Assembly: GCF_001194135.2 (NCBI RefSeq)
Contig: NC_068991.1
Span: 73,166,952-73,230,951 of the forward strand
Reading direction: 5' to 3'
Length of the DNA: 64,000 nucleotides
From: Octopus bimaculoides
Lineage: Eukaryota
Part shown: one piece after another, positions 39,517 to 52,071 of the stretch
Numbering within the stretch: the stretch's first letter is position 1
How the letters are laid out: every line of letters begins with the position of its first letter
Notes under the pieces: model-generated
Databases searched by the model: none
What the model saw: only the letters and a program-made list of their open reading frames with translations
What the model was told of the DNA's origin: nothing
Translations under genes and position numbers: made by a program

Positions 39517-40020
39517 CGGTAAGATAACAAAAGAAAGAAAGATACCTCGATATTATGTAAATAGAGGAATGTATCTGTAATATACTATGTGACAATTATT
39601 CGGTTGCCATAATAAAACTCCGAGTTACGGATGTCGGGGCGGAGACCTCCACCGGCATCTCTTCAGTTATCGAGGCAAACAAAATATGCTATGAAAAATG
39701 ACCGTTAAACAAAGGGGGTTTTCAGACCGTTTAAGCGGCCCTTCAGAAATTGAACCGCCTTACGATACTCCTTGGGAGTTCATGGTATGAAATTTATTGT
39801 CATTGCTCCGATTTAATCGCCAATGCCATATATTTAATTTAAAATTCAGTACAAATAGGGGAGGTTTGGGGGGCCCCAATTAAGTGGCCCTTTAAAAAAA
39901 TAGACCCTCTTAGGACATTGCTTGGGATTAAGGGAGTTGCTGGTTTCAGTTTCGTTGTCCTTGCACCAATGGTCTGGGAGGAGTTAACGAACGTAAAAAC
40001 GTAACGGACAGAGAAATACC
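39513..40020 (-). mobile_element. Putative Penelope-like element terminus containing a mutated hammerhead (39611-39671)
   Basis: Minus strand GAUAA-CUGAAGA-GAUG...CAUC-C-GUAA-CUC(G)GAGU-U|UUAUU; the segment abuts a (TA)n tract. Outer boundary is approximate. Confidence 0.5.
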
Positions 40021-40139
40021 ACTCAAAATTATATTAATATATATAAATATAAATATAAATATAAATATATATACATGTGTGTGTGAGTGTCTCTGTGTAT
40101 GTATGTATGTATGCGTGTATGTATGAGGGTGTATTTTTG

Positions 40140-40235
40140 TTTGTATATGTGTGAGGATGTGTGTGTGTGAGGATGTGTGTGTGTGATGATGTGTGTGTGT
40201 GAGGATGTGTGTGTGTGAGGATGTGTGTGTGTGAG
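40140..40235. repeat. Higher-order repeat of (TG)n blocks punctuated by gagga/gatga
   Basis: Direct reading. Confidence 0.85.
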
Positions 40236-41204
40236 TGTGCGCGCGCCTGTATGTGTCTGCTTGTGTACACGCATAATTCAGTAGTGATCAAACTTACCAA
40301 ATGTAAATACAAGAATCTCAGGATGAATGAGAGTCGTAAGGCACAGAAAATCTATACATGTATTTGCATTGGAACAAAGACATTTTCTTACAAATATTTT
40401 AACAGAAATAGAGGCTTCTTGTTTTGGTGCAGGGCCAACAGTTTTGATGGAATGATGTCAGACACCAGCGCTAGAGTTAATTATCTCTGATGCTCTAACG
40501 ATAGTTACCTTACTGCCTTATTTATATAAGTATTAAGAAATTCTTATATTTAGCAATATTTATTTAATGACGATTTTAAAACTAAAAACTTTTATTGGTT
40601 TCCATTATCCCAGAGTACACCTACATCGCAAGGTTTCGCAGAATCTCCACTAGTTATTGCTTTAATTATAATGAACAAATTTATAACGTAATGAATTACG
40701 AGCATACATAAGAAAACTTATGCAAATTTACATTTATGTAAAACGGAAAAAGAGAAAACGTTTGTCTTAGTAAATGTGTGTTGTAAACTGAGAAAACTGC
40801 GAGGGAAATCAAATCAATAAAAACCGAGATATTTTAATCAGATAACGCCTTACAAAATTATGGACTTATATTATTTTTTATGATAAAGCAATACTGTAAT
40901 TAGACTATAAAAGCATTTCTATACTGGCTATCTATCAACAGTCTTGTCGGTTTACATTTTGGCTGAGATCTACTGAAAATCCAGCAGAGAGGTTAGTTGT
41001 TAAAACTGTAAAAAAATATCTCTGTTAGATTACTATAAAGATTATATAATGATTCGTCTTCACAAACTATACGGTGTACAATGGCTTATGGCGGGTCCAT
41101 GAACTGAAATCTGTGGTAAGTCACAAATTTTCTTCAGTTCAAGATATTTCATTTCTGAAATAACTAGCTTCCTCAATTAAATTCAAAGTGTGGTTTGTGC
41201 GTCA

Positions 41205-41244
<40 letters not shown>

Positions 41245-41759
41245 GCTGTAATTTCGTTAGTTCTCTTTCGACAGCTGGTCATTCTAACACAAGATGTTTG
41301 ATCATTTTAAAATTAGGCGTTAATCAGCTTAATGATAAATGGATATAATGATTTAATCTTACTGTCAACACCACAAAGATACATTCACCATGCGTTTTAA
41401 GAAAAAGAACATCGCTCTCTCCGGAGAAATACTGCATTACAAAGACAAGCCGGATTTTACTTTTCGGCAGAGAGATTATCAACTAGTGGCCGAAATTTAA
41501 CCGAGTATTCTTCCAGTTTGTGGTCTAATATTTCAATATCAGAGAAAGTGCTTACTCTCTCTCTCTCAGGACAACAAAGTTGCAAAGTTTCGTGACAATG
41601 CTTCTCTTTGGAAAACTCTGATTACATTTTGTAAAGTGGCAAATTCTCTGATGCTAAAGAATAATGTTGTCTTTCCTTCCGAGGGCCAAGTTTAAAATTC
41701 TTAATTTATTTATTATTTTTGAAAGAAAAATATAAGCATGTATCACTTTTTATTTTCCA

Positions 41760-41830
41760 GACAATAACAATAGTAATAACAGTAACAACAAAAACAACAA
41801 CAACAACAATAATAATAATAATAATAATTA
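41760..41830. repeat. (AAC/AAT)n microsatellite
   Basis: Direct reading. Confidence 0.9.
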
Positions 41831-41862
41831 CATCGAAAAATACCTTAAGAATGAGAACCCAA

Positions 41863-41908
41863 GACACCTAATGAAGGCTGGAGGGTATATCAGCTGAAAC
41901 GTTGTGTT
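41863..41908 (+). ncRNA. Minimal type I hammerhead motif with G5A core mutation, inside a short repeat (about 41830-41965)
   Basis: GACAC-CUAAUGA-A-GGCUG(GAGGGUAUAU)CAGCU-GAAA-CGU-U|GUGUU: 5-bp helix I, 5-bp helix II, palindromic ACGU helix III. Confidence 0.65.
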
Positions 41909-43054
41909 AACAACAAACAAGATGTGGACAAATATCCGTTAAATGTAAATAATGTAAATAATATACGATCCTGTGTAGTGCGGTATGTAGTGTTGATGTT
42001 TATGGTATTTGTCGCTAAAAGTCTGTATTATTTGGATCTAACACTGTACATACTACAACTACATTCCTCTCAGCAAATTCTAGGACATAAAATAACTTCG
42101 TTGTATCGGTTTCTTTTATGAACATTTTCAAGTGTCAGTATCTGCTGGTCATTTAATGATGAATTTTAACACATTAATCGAAGAATAATGAAGAGGAAGA
42201 TGAGAGGAAGTAGAAGAAAATTAACAAGGAGAAGTAGAGAGGAAAGGGAAAATTGCAAAAGAATAGTGGGTAAAAAAATCCGAAGAAAGGAGAAGAAACG
42301 CAGCAATAAATCTCTTGCTTCTGTATATCTTTTCCTGCATCGCATTCTTCATTTTGAATTTCTTCCTTGTTTGCCACGTATCACATTCTGCTTTTTTTCT
42401 TCATCAAATTCAACTAGTTTGCATTCCCCATAATATCTTCACACCGATTTAATAATCATAAAAGTGTCTATTTTTGTTCTTCCAATCAATAATCTGTTAA
42501 TATATTTCGTCTTTTTTCATTTCGCAAACATACACTGTCATAACACGTCTGTAGTGTAATCACTAGCCCACACCCACAAGATGAACCAACACAAATGAAA
42601 ACAAAACTTGAAATAGAAAACATTTTAGTTTGACTAATTCATATGACAAAATTTACGGAGTCACTCATTTTCTTTGCAAAAATAAATTTTGCCCGACTTA
42701 AATATATTGAGTAATTTCAAAATTAATATTCGACTACTTTTAAGTAAAACAATACATGAAAACAAATAAATCTCATCGAAATCAACTTTGCCTTTCATCT
42801 TTTCGGGATCGATGAAACATTACAAGTCCAAGATGGTAGATTGTGAAAAATGCAAGAATGATGTCTGGCAGTTTTTTTCTTCTGTTCTTTTCGTCTTGAA
42901 TTCAAATTCTAACTCAGCTAATTCAAGTGACTTATTACGTCTCTAAGTTTAGTAATGCCGCCCGTTGACTTACGTAATTTTAGCGGAGTTCCCATGATTA
43001 CGAACGTTTGTGTTAGGCCTCCGGGTTTTGAGTTATTTTTCACCTTCACACAAA

Positions 43055-43330
43055 TTTGGCATGCAGTGAGTGGGTTTGTTGCTAGGTGCTGTAAAACAGA
43101 CATAAGAATTAGTGTTTGTTGCCATGATTTAGTTATTGATACTCTAAAGAATCTTGTCCCTGGGTGTTAGTAGAACATCACTGATGCGAGTGCAGAAGTT
43201 TAAGTATTTCAGGGCCACATTCCCCAGTGATGGGGTGACAGGGGGATGAATTGAATGCTAGAGTTGCACTTTCTGGCAAAGTAATGCACCAGTTCGAGAA
43301 TTCGATCCTCAGAAGGGGAGAGATTATTAG
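43055..43330 (+). mobile_element. RTE-clade LINE fragment (RT C-terminal/thumb region), decayed
   Basis: HAVSGFVARCCKTDIRIS ... VQKFKYFRATFPSDG ... ELNARVALSGKVMHQFENSILRRG resembles the RTE pattern VEKFKYLG.FTSDG..EID.RI.KA..VM. Confidence 0.6.
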
Positions 43331-44461
43331 AAAAAGCCAAACGACCTTATCTTCAATTCATTCTCTCGTCACCCATTGTGAGATATGTTGGGTAATCATA
43401 ATTAACCTCAGACTATTCGCTGTACTGTAATGAAGCTAAATGTGATACATATATTCATACGTACTATATATATCTATGCAATCAAAGCTCCAAACTCGGA
43501 ATCGATCAACTCTCACTACAATGACAACCCATCCTCCTCCCACTTCCTATCACATTAAACATCTCTCACGTTAAGTTAACTAATATTTCACCACGCTGTG
43601 ACTCGCGCCCGCCATCCCTCGCAATGCACATCTCATTTTCAGCTTTTGTAATTCGCAACGTACACCTTTTCATCTAATCACTCTTTCTCTAACATTCATC
43701 CTAATAACTTTTTCAGTCCCATCGGCTATTTCGTTACTATTCTGTCTAAGCATTTATTGTTTGAAACTTCAGTTCTCACGACAACTGAATTTATCAATTA
43801 CCAAAGTTTATTGAATCACCCGATTTCTTCAATTCTTGTAGTGTTTCAAATATGATTAATGATATTTGTCTCCTAATCATAAACTCAAATCGAAGACTTC
43901 TGTTTCTCTCCGATCACGAAAACAGCGAAATAGAATAAATTATGTGATCATAACTTTGTACGCTAAATAAGCCTGTAATTATATCTGAGGGTATCTTTAG
44001 ATTATTGAAATATGAAGAGGAAATCTATGAATATAACAAATATTAACTTGCTTGCAAAGATGAATGGATTAACTGATTGTATTATTCCAACAAAGAGACG
44101 CACCACTTTCCGAGTGATATTTGATTTAGTTATATATAACGATAGTTAAACAGTACGTTATAAGCAACGGATTGGAACATTGAAAGGTATAAAGGAATAA
44201 AAATTATTGAAACATATTGCGAACAGTAAATGAAAGGACGTAAATGAAAAGTCTAAGCAAATCAGGGGTTTCCGTACAGGTGTGTATCTGCCGAGTTATT
44301 CTCTTAAAGAACTGGTCAATGAACCAAAAGCCAAGTGGCCGTGCAGTATGCTGGGATTCAGAAACACGTTGCGTATGCAAATTGTTAATATTAATAACAT
44401 CTACTTACTGTTTGTATAGCAAAATATGATCTTCTATTCTTTAATACTACAGCTTTCAGTG

Positions 44462-44673
44462 AGGCGGCGAGCTGGTTAATCGTTAGCACGCCAGGCGAAA
44501 TGCTTAGCGTCATTTCGTCTGTCTTTACGTTCTGAGTTCAAATTCCGCTGAGGTCGACTTTGCCTTTCATCCTTTCGGGGTCGATAAATTAAGTACCAGT
44601 TACGCAATGGGGGTCGATCTAATCGACTGACCCCTCTCCCAAAATTTCTGGCCTTGTACCTAGAGTAGAAAAG
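44462..44673 (+). mobile_element. SINE family A, full length, flanked by 74-bp direct repeats
   Basis: aggcggcgagctgg...ccttgtacctagagtagaaaag; flanks 44387-44460 and 44674-44747 are 67/74 identical. Confidence 0.95.
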
Positions 44674-44749
44674 AATATTAATGACATCTACTTACCGTTT
44701 GAATATCAAAATATTATCTTCTATTCTTTAATACTACAAGTTTCAGTAC

Positions 44750-44962
44750 GGTGGCGAGCTGGCAGAATCGTTAGCACGCTTAGCCCAGATGCTTGGCAGC
44801 ATTTCGTATGTCTTCACCTTCTGAGTTCAATTCCCAACAAGGTTGTCTTTACCTCTTATCCTTTCGGGTTCCGATAAAGTGAGTACCACTTCAGCACTGG
44901 GGTCGACGTAATCGACTTACCCCATCCACCGGAATCGCTGGCTTTGTGCTAGAATTTGGAAC
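44750..44962 (+). mobile_element. SINE family A, older subfamily, 19-bp TSD
   Basis: ggtggcgagctggcagaatcgttagcacg...; TSD taatactacaagtttcagt (44729-44747) / taatattacaaatttcagt (44963-44981). Confidence 0.88.
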
Positions 44963-45164
44963 TAATATTACAAATTTCAGTTATTGAAGTAACTCCAAGA
45001 GTTCGAGTTACCGTATGTTTTAACTGTAGTGAGTAAAACCTGACGAAGACAAGATATAAAAAGCTGGAAAATTGACAAATCGTGTAACTGATAATTGATC
45101 GTGAAACAGATTTCAAATTGCTCTTATTTATTTATATGTATTAAGTTAGTTATTATCATAGATC

Positions 45165-45480
45165 AACGTGGCTTAGTTGTTACGGTTCATAGCCTTGCTT
45201 TTGTGAGTCGTGTCGTTGAGTAAGATACTTTCTTTTCGGTTGCTCGAATCTTCTCAGCTGGCAATAATGAGTAGTATTTGTTATTCAAAGGGGACAGTCT
45301 TCTTACATTCTGTTTCACGCTGAAACTTCCCTGGAGCTATATTTAAGGTACACGTGTCTGTGTACCTGTGCTCAGCTACTTGCACTTTAATTTCCCGAGC
45401 AGGCTGTTCCGTTGATCTCATCAACTGGAAATCTCGTCTACGTAACCGACAAAATGCCAGGTAGTTGGTTAGTACTTTCG
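45165..45480 (+). mobile_element. SINE family B, degenerate
   Basis: cgtggcttagttgttacgg...ctcagctggcaataatgagtag...gctcagctacttgcactttaatttcccgagcaggctgttccgttgatc. Confidence 0.7.
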
Positions 45481-45559
45481 ACAACATGTCTATTCTAATC
45501 ATCACCCTTATAATGCATTGCTGAGCATTTGGTAGGCTATGACGTTTGCTGTTCACTCC

Positions 45560-45830
45560 GAAATCCTGATACCAAATCAAGCAATCACAGCTTTTCTGTG
45601 AACAAATCAACCGACGAAACGAAAGATTACTGGCGAAAAGATGCTAATTAGTCGATCAAAAATGTATTGCGCTCCATCAAGATAAAGCATGCTGCCATAC
45701 GACAAGAACCAGTTGTTCAGAGATTAGAAGCTTTGGCTTGGATATCGGGCATATTTGTCCTATCTGTCTGTCCTTGCACTGTCAGCTTATTTCAAAGCTG
45801 GAACATTTCGTTGGAAATACATGCCGTGAT
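45560..45830 (+). mobile_element. Highly decayed mariner DDD-domain remnant
   Basis: QAITA..CEQINRRNERLLAKR..LVDQKNVL.LHQDKACCHT...FGLDI.H..YLSVLALS across frameshifts. Confidence 0.55.
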
Positions 45831-46149
45831 TGAGTAAATGCATTGACATTGATTACACAAAGCAAAATATTGCTTGGAATGTGAGATTACATATCAGATA
45901 AAGTTAGCATTTGATATATAACTTGTAACCTTTAAATCTCAGAACGAAAATCGACATTACTTTCGAGATGACTTGATATATACATATTCATATGTATATA
46001 TACATATACGTATGTATATCTATATCTATCTCTCTCTATATATACATACACACACACACATATATATATAAATAGATAGACAGATAGATAGATAGATATA
46101 CATACATATACATATTCATAGGTGTAAATATATGTGTGTGTGTATGTAT

Positions 46150-46192
<43 letters not shown>

Positions 46193-46200
46193 AAAAATAA

Positions 46201-46208
46201 TAATAATC

Positions 46209-46256
<48 letters not shown>
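46201..46256. repeat. (TAA)n microsatellite
   Basis: Direct reading. Confidence 0.95.
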
Positions 46257-46257
<1 letters not shown>

Positions 46258-46365
46258 TGTTTTGAATGGCGCAACAATGCATTGCTATGCCATTCAAAAC
46301 ACATAATTATTATTTATTAATTTTTAAAAACAATACACAATGCTTCAAGCGAACTACAATACTCT
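46255..46365. repeat. Fold-back palindrome plus terminal segment of the same family as the 26.3-kb inverted repeat
   Basis: 16-bp perfect arms 46255-46270/46289-46304 around caatgcattg; 46328-46365 is the exact reverse complement of 26243-26280 (38/38). Confidence 0.75.
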
Positions 46366-46421
46366 CCTATAAATGTGCGTGTGTGTGTGTATGTGTGTGT
46401 GTGTGTGTATGTATGTGTGTG

Positions 46422-46452
<31 letters not shown>

Positions 46453-46553
46453 ATATATATAAGTGATAGTTAAACTATATATATATATATTATAGATGGT
46501 TAATCCATATATACATACATGTGTATATAGACATATATAAATATATACATATT

Positions 46554-46605
<52 letters not shown>

Positions 46606-46612
46606 CATATAT

Positions 46613-46862
46613 ATGGAGGTTGTCTACTCCTTAAACAGAGTTTGACCACCTCCTGCACCTACACCTTAGCCCTTTCATGGCGTCTGATGTGGCTTTTTAA
46701 ACCAGACAGTGTTTTGAAAAAACACCCACACAGATTGCACCTCTGATTTGCACTACCAATTCCTGCAAGTAAGTTCTGCTCATTGTGGATCCTAACATGT
46801 CTTTTAAGACCCCCATTGGATTTGCAAACCCTCTGGCACACACCACATTCAAACGTGTGCAC
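46613..46862 (-). mobile_element. LINE 3' end (RTE-like) encoding two C2H2 zinc fingers, short 3' UTR and microsatellite tail
   Basis: CGVCQRVCKSNGGLKRHVRIH and CNLCGCFFKTLSGLKSHIRRH (both C-x2-C-x12-H-x3-H), no TGEKP linker, stop at 46659, about 45-nt UTR running into (TA)n; upstream part lost in a gap. Confidence 0.65.
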
Positions 46863-47298
46863 NNNNNNNNNNNNNNNNNNNNNNNNNNNNNNNNNNNNNN
46901 NNNNNNNNNNNNNNNNNNNNNNNNNNNNNNNNNNNNNNNNNNNNNNNNNNNNNNNNNNNNNNNNNNNNNNNNNNNNNNNNNNNNNNNNNNNNNNNNNNNN
47001 NNNNNNNNNNNNNNNNNNNNNNNNNNNNNNNNNNNNNNNNNNNNNNNNNNNNNNNNNNNNNNNNNNNNNNNNNNNNNNNNNNNNNNNNNNNNNNNNNNNN
47101 NNNNNNNNNNNNNNNNNNNNNNNNNNNNNNNNNNNNNNNNNNNNNNNNNNNNNNNNNNNNNNNNNNNNNNNNNNNNNNNNNNNNNNNNNNNNNNNNNNNN
47201 NNNNNNNNNNNNNNNNNNNNNNNNNNNNNNNNNNNNNNNNNNNNNNNNNNNNNNNNNNNNNNNNNNNNNNNNNNNNNNNNNNNNNNNNNNNNNNNNNN

Positions 47299-47367
<69 letters not shown>

Positions 47368-47754
47368 GAAGCATTCCGAATAGGAGAAAGAAAAGCATTA
47401 CTATACTATATCACTTAACCGATATGTCATTTTACTTTTTATCCTGAGCGTAGATTCCGTTGTTTTGTATTCTTTAGAATAAATATGATTATAAAAAGAA
47501 GAAAGGGAATAAAACTCTGCTACTGTTACAAAAAATAAATATTAACGATATAGAATGTAGCTGCAAGTAATGAAATAACAAGGAGGGGAACCACTATCTT
47601 TATCTTCAAGATTATTGGGTGTTTGCTAAACGATCACGGCTCCATATTACCGTCTTACGAAATATATAAATGTATGTTTGTGTCTTTGAGTTCTGTATGC
47701 ATTTATATATATATACAAGTATATCTATGTATTCATATACGCGTGTATAGTATA

Positions 47755-47790
<36 letters not shown>

Positions 47791-47838
47791 GTATATATAT
47801 ATACATATATATGCATATATATATATACATATATATAT

Positions 47839-47871
<33 letters not shown>

Positions 47872-47950
47872 NNNNNNNNNNNNNNNNNNNNNNNNNNNNN
47901 NNNNNNNNNNNNNNNNNNNNNNNNNNNNNNNNNNNNNNNNNNNNNNNNNN

Positions 47951-47995
<45 letters not shown>

Positions 47996-49754
47996 GGTGT
48001 GTGTATGTTGTGTGTTCGCTTGTGTACGTTTGTGTATATCCGTGTGCTTATTTATTCAGTTTTATGTGTTCGAAATATACATTATTACATACACACATGC
48101 ACATACCACCACACACATTCGTACACGTACTAACATACATACATATAAATACTCCCAAACATACACACACATACACACATATGTGTACATACATACATCC
48201 ATGTGTGTATATGAGTATATAAATATATCTCTAAGTCATCTTGTGTCTGTATACGTGTATTTTTCTTTATATATTTACATGTCTTTCGGTTGCCTCCTGA
48301 TTTCTTCAGAGATTTATAGTTCTAATATAAATTGGATAAGAATACTGAAAGTCACATCGAGAAATGTGCTGTACAATATCTTCTGTATTTTATGGAACGC
48401 GTAACCATAATAGATCGGAACCTATTACGAATTACTGTAAGAGGTATTTTTTTCTTTTTATTTCACAGAAAATCATAAAGCAAATTTCCTAATGAAACAG
48501 AAGAAAAGGAAACTCGAAACATGCAATACAGTTTGCTGTAAAACCGTTTAGATATATCTGCTAATATATAAGGAATCTGACGACGTTTATAGCATGTTTA
48601 TGGGCCAGAGAATGTAGGAGATTGTTAATGGATGCTTCAATAGGCTGGTAGATAATCAGCCGATATTTTAGAAGTTTCTTTTTGTGTAGCATCCGTTCTC
48701 TTAGTGTTGTTGTTGTTGGTGGTGTTGTCCTTGATGGTGTAATTTTTGCTGTTGTTGTTGTTCAGATCCCAAGGCAGCTCCAGTCATGCATAGCAGTGAT
48801 CAAAGGCATATCTATGGTCGGAATATAGTGATTCTGCTTTTCTTTACCTTTTTAGCAATAGCGTATCCCTGGCTACATTATATATGTCCATTTATAAAAA
48901 ATAAAAGTGGCCTGTAGTTTGAGAGAAGTATGGGGTACTACTCTTGAGAGTGTTAGCGACCACATAGCGGTATTCTCCTGTGTTTTGTTACAGTTCAAGT
49001 CATTTAAAAGCACAAGACTCGTTTTACTATTTGCTCAAGAGATTTGTATCAAAATTACGCGGTTTCGTTTCCATGGTTTGACGGATGTCTTGAGCAAATG
49101 CCTTCTAGTGTAGCCTCAGATAAACGTAAGACTTGCATTGGATAATCAGAAACTGCGTAGCAACCTGCAAAATAATTAACCATTTACCTTTCCTTAGATG
49201 GTAGACCATCTGTCCATTGATTGAACACTTCGGTGGTTGTTCCTTACAACCATTCCGAAAAGGTATCCCGGCTTGAAGACACCTCGATTCCTTATTTCCA
49301 GTTGTAGGAACATAAAAGTCATTATTGTTATTCTCCTTTTCCACCATCTAGTCGGGGAAACAATGTGAAGGGCCATAGTTTTCCCCCTTACCCTTCTTAA
49401 ATGAAGTATAGCACTCGTATTATAGGTTCGGGGAAAGCCACCAGGGAACACAGTCAAACTTGTAAACATTTCTTTTGTTCAATCTTAAATTTATACTCGA
49501 TGTTAGAAAATTGTTCTTAACAATAAGTAAACTTTACACCATGGGAGTATCAATCAGTTTCTATAAAACACACTCTGCAGCGGTGATTCTTGACACAAGA
49601 GTTCACGGCTAAAATGCGCGCCTCAGAAGATGTGTTGGGTGTTAAAAACAGTATTCCTTTTGCTCTTACATTAATATGCTCGTACTTAATATTGATCTAC
49701 TTAATCAAAGATTTTAGTTGATGGAGCAGTTATACGAAGCAAAATGTGTTGGGA

Positions 49755-49807
<53 letters not shown>

Positions 49808-49978
49808 NNNNNNNNNNAGAGATAGAGAGGTGTTTAGCGGAGAGAGATTATAATGATCAGAATGAGGAAAAACTTGGAACGATATATAATCGTACATTCA
49901 CGTGCACACGCTTACGGCCGTAGGTACGAAAGTGGCACTTTCCGTTAAAGAGAGGTAGAGATAGATAGATAGATAGAG

Positions 49979-50010
<32 letters not shown>

Positions 50011-50024
50011 GGATAGATAGATAA

Positions 50025-50081
<57 letters not shown>

Positions 50082-50105
50082 GAGCGAGAGAGAGAGAAAA
50101 GAGAG
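49755..50105. repeat. (AG)n and (TAGA)n microsatellites
   Basis: Direct reading. Confidence 0.95.
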
Positions 50106-51106
50106 AGAAGTTACACCGAGTGAGGTAAGTGGCGTAGAAAAAAAGAGAGAATAGTGTATACCGATAAAAGGTGGTAAGGGTCAGATAGTAGCTACTACAG
50201 GTAATGACATCGTTTTATGGAGGTAGCAGTGATGTTTATGGTATTGGTAAGGAGGCGATAACGTGAACTATTTTTCATAGTAATTTATGGAAGTAAATGC
50301 GCCTTCGAAAAGAATTTCCTATTTGTCATGACATCTTTACATCCAATGTTTCCTCACAGTGAATTTTTATGGTACAGTGATCACACAGGATTTGTGTTCT
50401 CATCCGAGTAATTATGTATTTCATAGCTTTCGACTGGCTGTTAGGCGTGAATTCAATATTGTCCAGAAAGTAGGGAAGCATTCCTACAGTATTTTAGTGG
50501 GAAACTACTCAAAGGTTGTGCGATTTTTGCTGGCAGATTATTGGAGGTAATAAACTTTAGATGCGACTTTAAGAATTTGTTAGGATAATGAGCCATCTCG
50601 ATGTAGGAGATGAAATAAATTTATAACCACGTTCCCAATTATACTGCATTTTTCATTTGAAACATGTCTCTAGAACATGCATCAGGATTTTTCAAGAGCT
50701 TATGGAAATAGTAGAATGTCCGTCAACATTTAAAATAATATCCTTTTAGAATTCTCCGAAATGTAATCCAATGTTGTACACCTTTTTTCAGAACAGATAA
50801 TAGAAGACATTTGAATTTTAATCAGAGGAGAAAGACAAGATTTACAAAAATCCATTCTTCTTGCAATGTATAGTAATGTAATCGAAAATGAAGCTGTCAG
50901 AAAATGTGTCTTCTACAAAAGCGAAGAAAATTTAAGAACATAAATTGAACAAAAACTTCCGCTTAATTTACTTATTTATCTAATTTGGATAATGAACAAT
51001 GTCTAACAGCCAATGAAGTGATAGATACAGCTGAAAAGAAGAGAAAAGATTCTGGAATGTGTTTGCTTTTAGTTGACATTCCAGTAAGATAAGTTAAAAG
51101 TTATGA

Positions 51107-51323
51107 ATTCTTTCTACTATATGCAAAATGCCTGAGGATTTATGGGAGCAGACTAGTCGATTACATCGACCCCAGTACGCAAATGGTACTTAATTTATCG
51201 ACCCCGAAAGGATGACAGGCAAAGCCGTCCTTGGCGGAATTTGAACTCAGAATGTAAAGACAGACGAAATACCGCTAAGCATTTCGCCCGGCGTGCTAAC
51301 ATTTCTGCCAGCTCGCCGTCTTA
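51107..51323 (-). mobile_element. SINE family A, full length
   Basis: ttctttctactat...gtcgattacatcgaccccagt...gaaataccgctaagcatttcgcccggcgtgctaacatttctgccagctcgccg. Confidence 0.93.
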
Positions 51324-51874
51324 GTCACGGAAAATATTGCCTTCTCAACAGCTAGGATATCAGGAGATGTGGCCAGGTTACTTCATAACAATAAGCAAAA
51401 GAAATACAGCAAAGACTATCACTAAAACCGGCGTATATAAGACATTAGTAAATGAATGGTGCGAATGTACGACCTCGATAGGTTATGATTACCATAATTA
51501 ATTGTATAATGATTCTAATGAAACGACGGTGTCATAATTATAACGATGTAACATTAACAGCGCAATGATTGTCGTCGTTTGGAATGTTTGATGTTAAGGC
51601 ATAAATGACGTAACTCGTTGTTGCTTTTCATCTATCGACATAGAGAAATTCTATGTTTGTTGACATAATTAGGTACAAATATACAAACAGCTACACGTTA
51701 TATGTATGTATATATATATATATATATATATNNNNNNNNNNNNNNNNNNNNNNNNNNNNNNNNNNNNNNNNNNNNNNNNNNNNNNNNNNNNNNNNNNNNN
51801 NNNNNNNNNNNNNNNNNNNNNNNNNNNNNNNNNNNNNNNNNNNNNNNNNNNNNNNNNNNNNNNNNNNNNNNNNN

Positions 51875-51918
<44 letters not shown>

Positions 51919-51934
51919 CATTGTCAGACTTATA

Positions 51935-52070
51935 ATTGTGAGGCTTTTAGTTCGATTCCCGGTCCGGGTTGTGTGCTGTGTTCTTGGGCAAGCCACTTTA
52001 TTTCACGTTGCGCCACTTCACTCAGCTGTAGAATGAGTTGTGACGTCACTGGTGCCAAGATGTATCGGTA
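51935..52070 (+). mobile_element. SINE family B fragment
   Basis: ttagttcgattcccggtccggg...gtgttcttgggcaagccactttatttcacgttgcgcc...ctcagctgtagaatgag...ggtgccaagatgtatcgg. Confidence 0.75.
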
Positions 52071-52071
52071 T

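Noticed and set aside
48275-48315. Minus-strand CTGAAGA...CCGAAA string
   Set aside because: No consistent helix I, II or III.
49100-49470. Minus-strand ORFs with faint RT-like words (FKKGKGENYGP, QAGIPFRNGCKEQ)
   Set aside because: Could be a very old LINE, but the motifs are too degraded to assign by eye.
50790-50875. Exon-like frame containing QRRKTRFTK (homeodomain arm-like)
   Set aside because: It stops within a few codons and no helix motifs follow.
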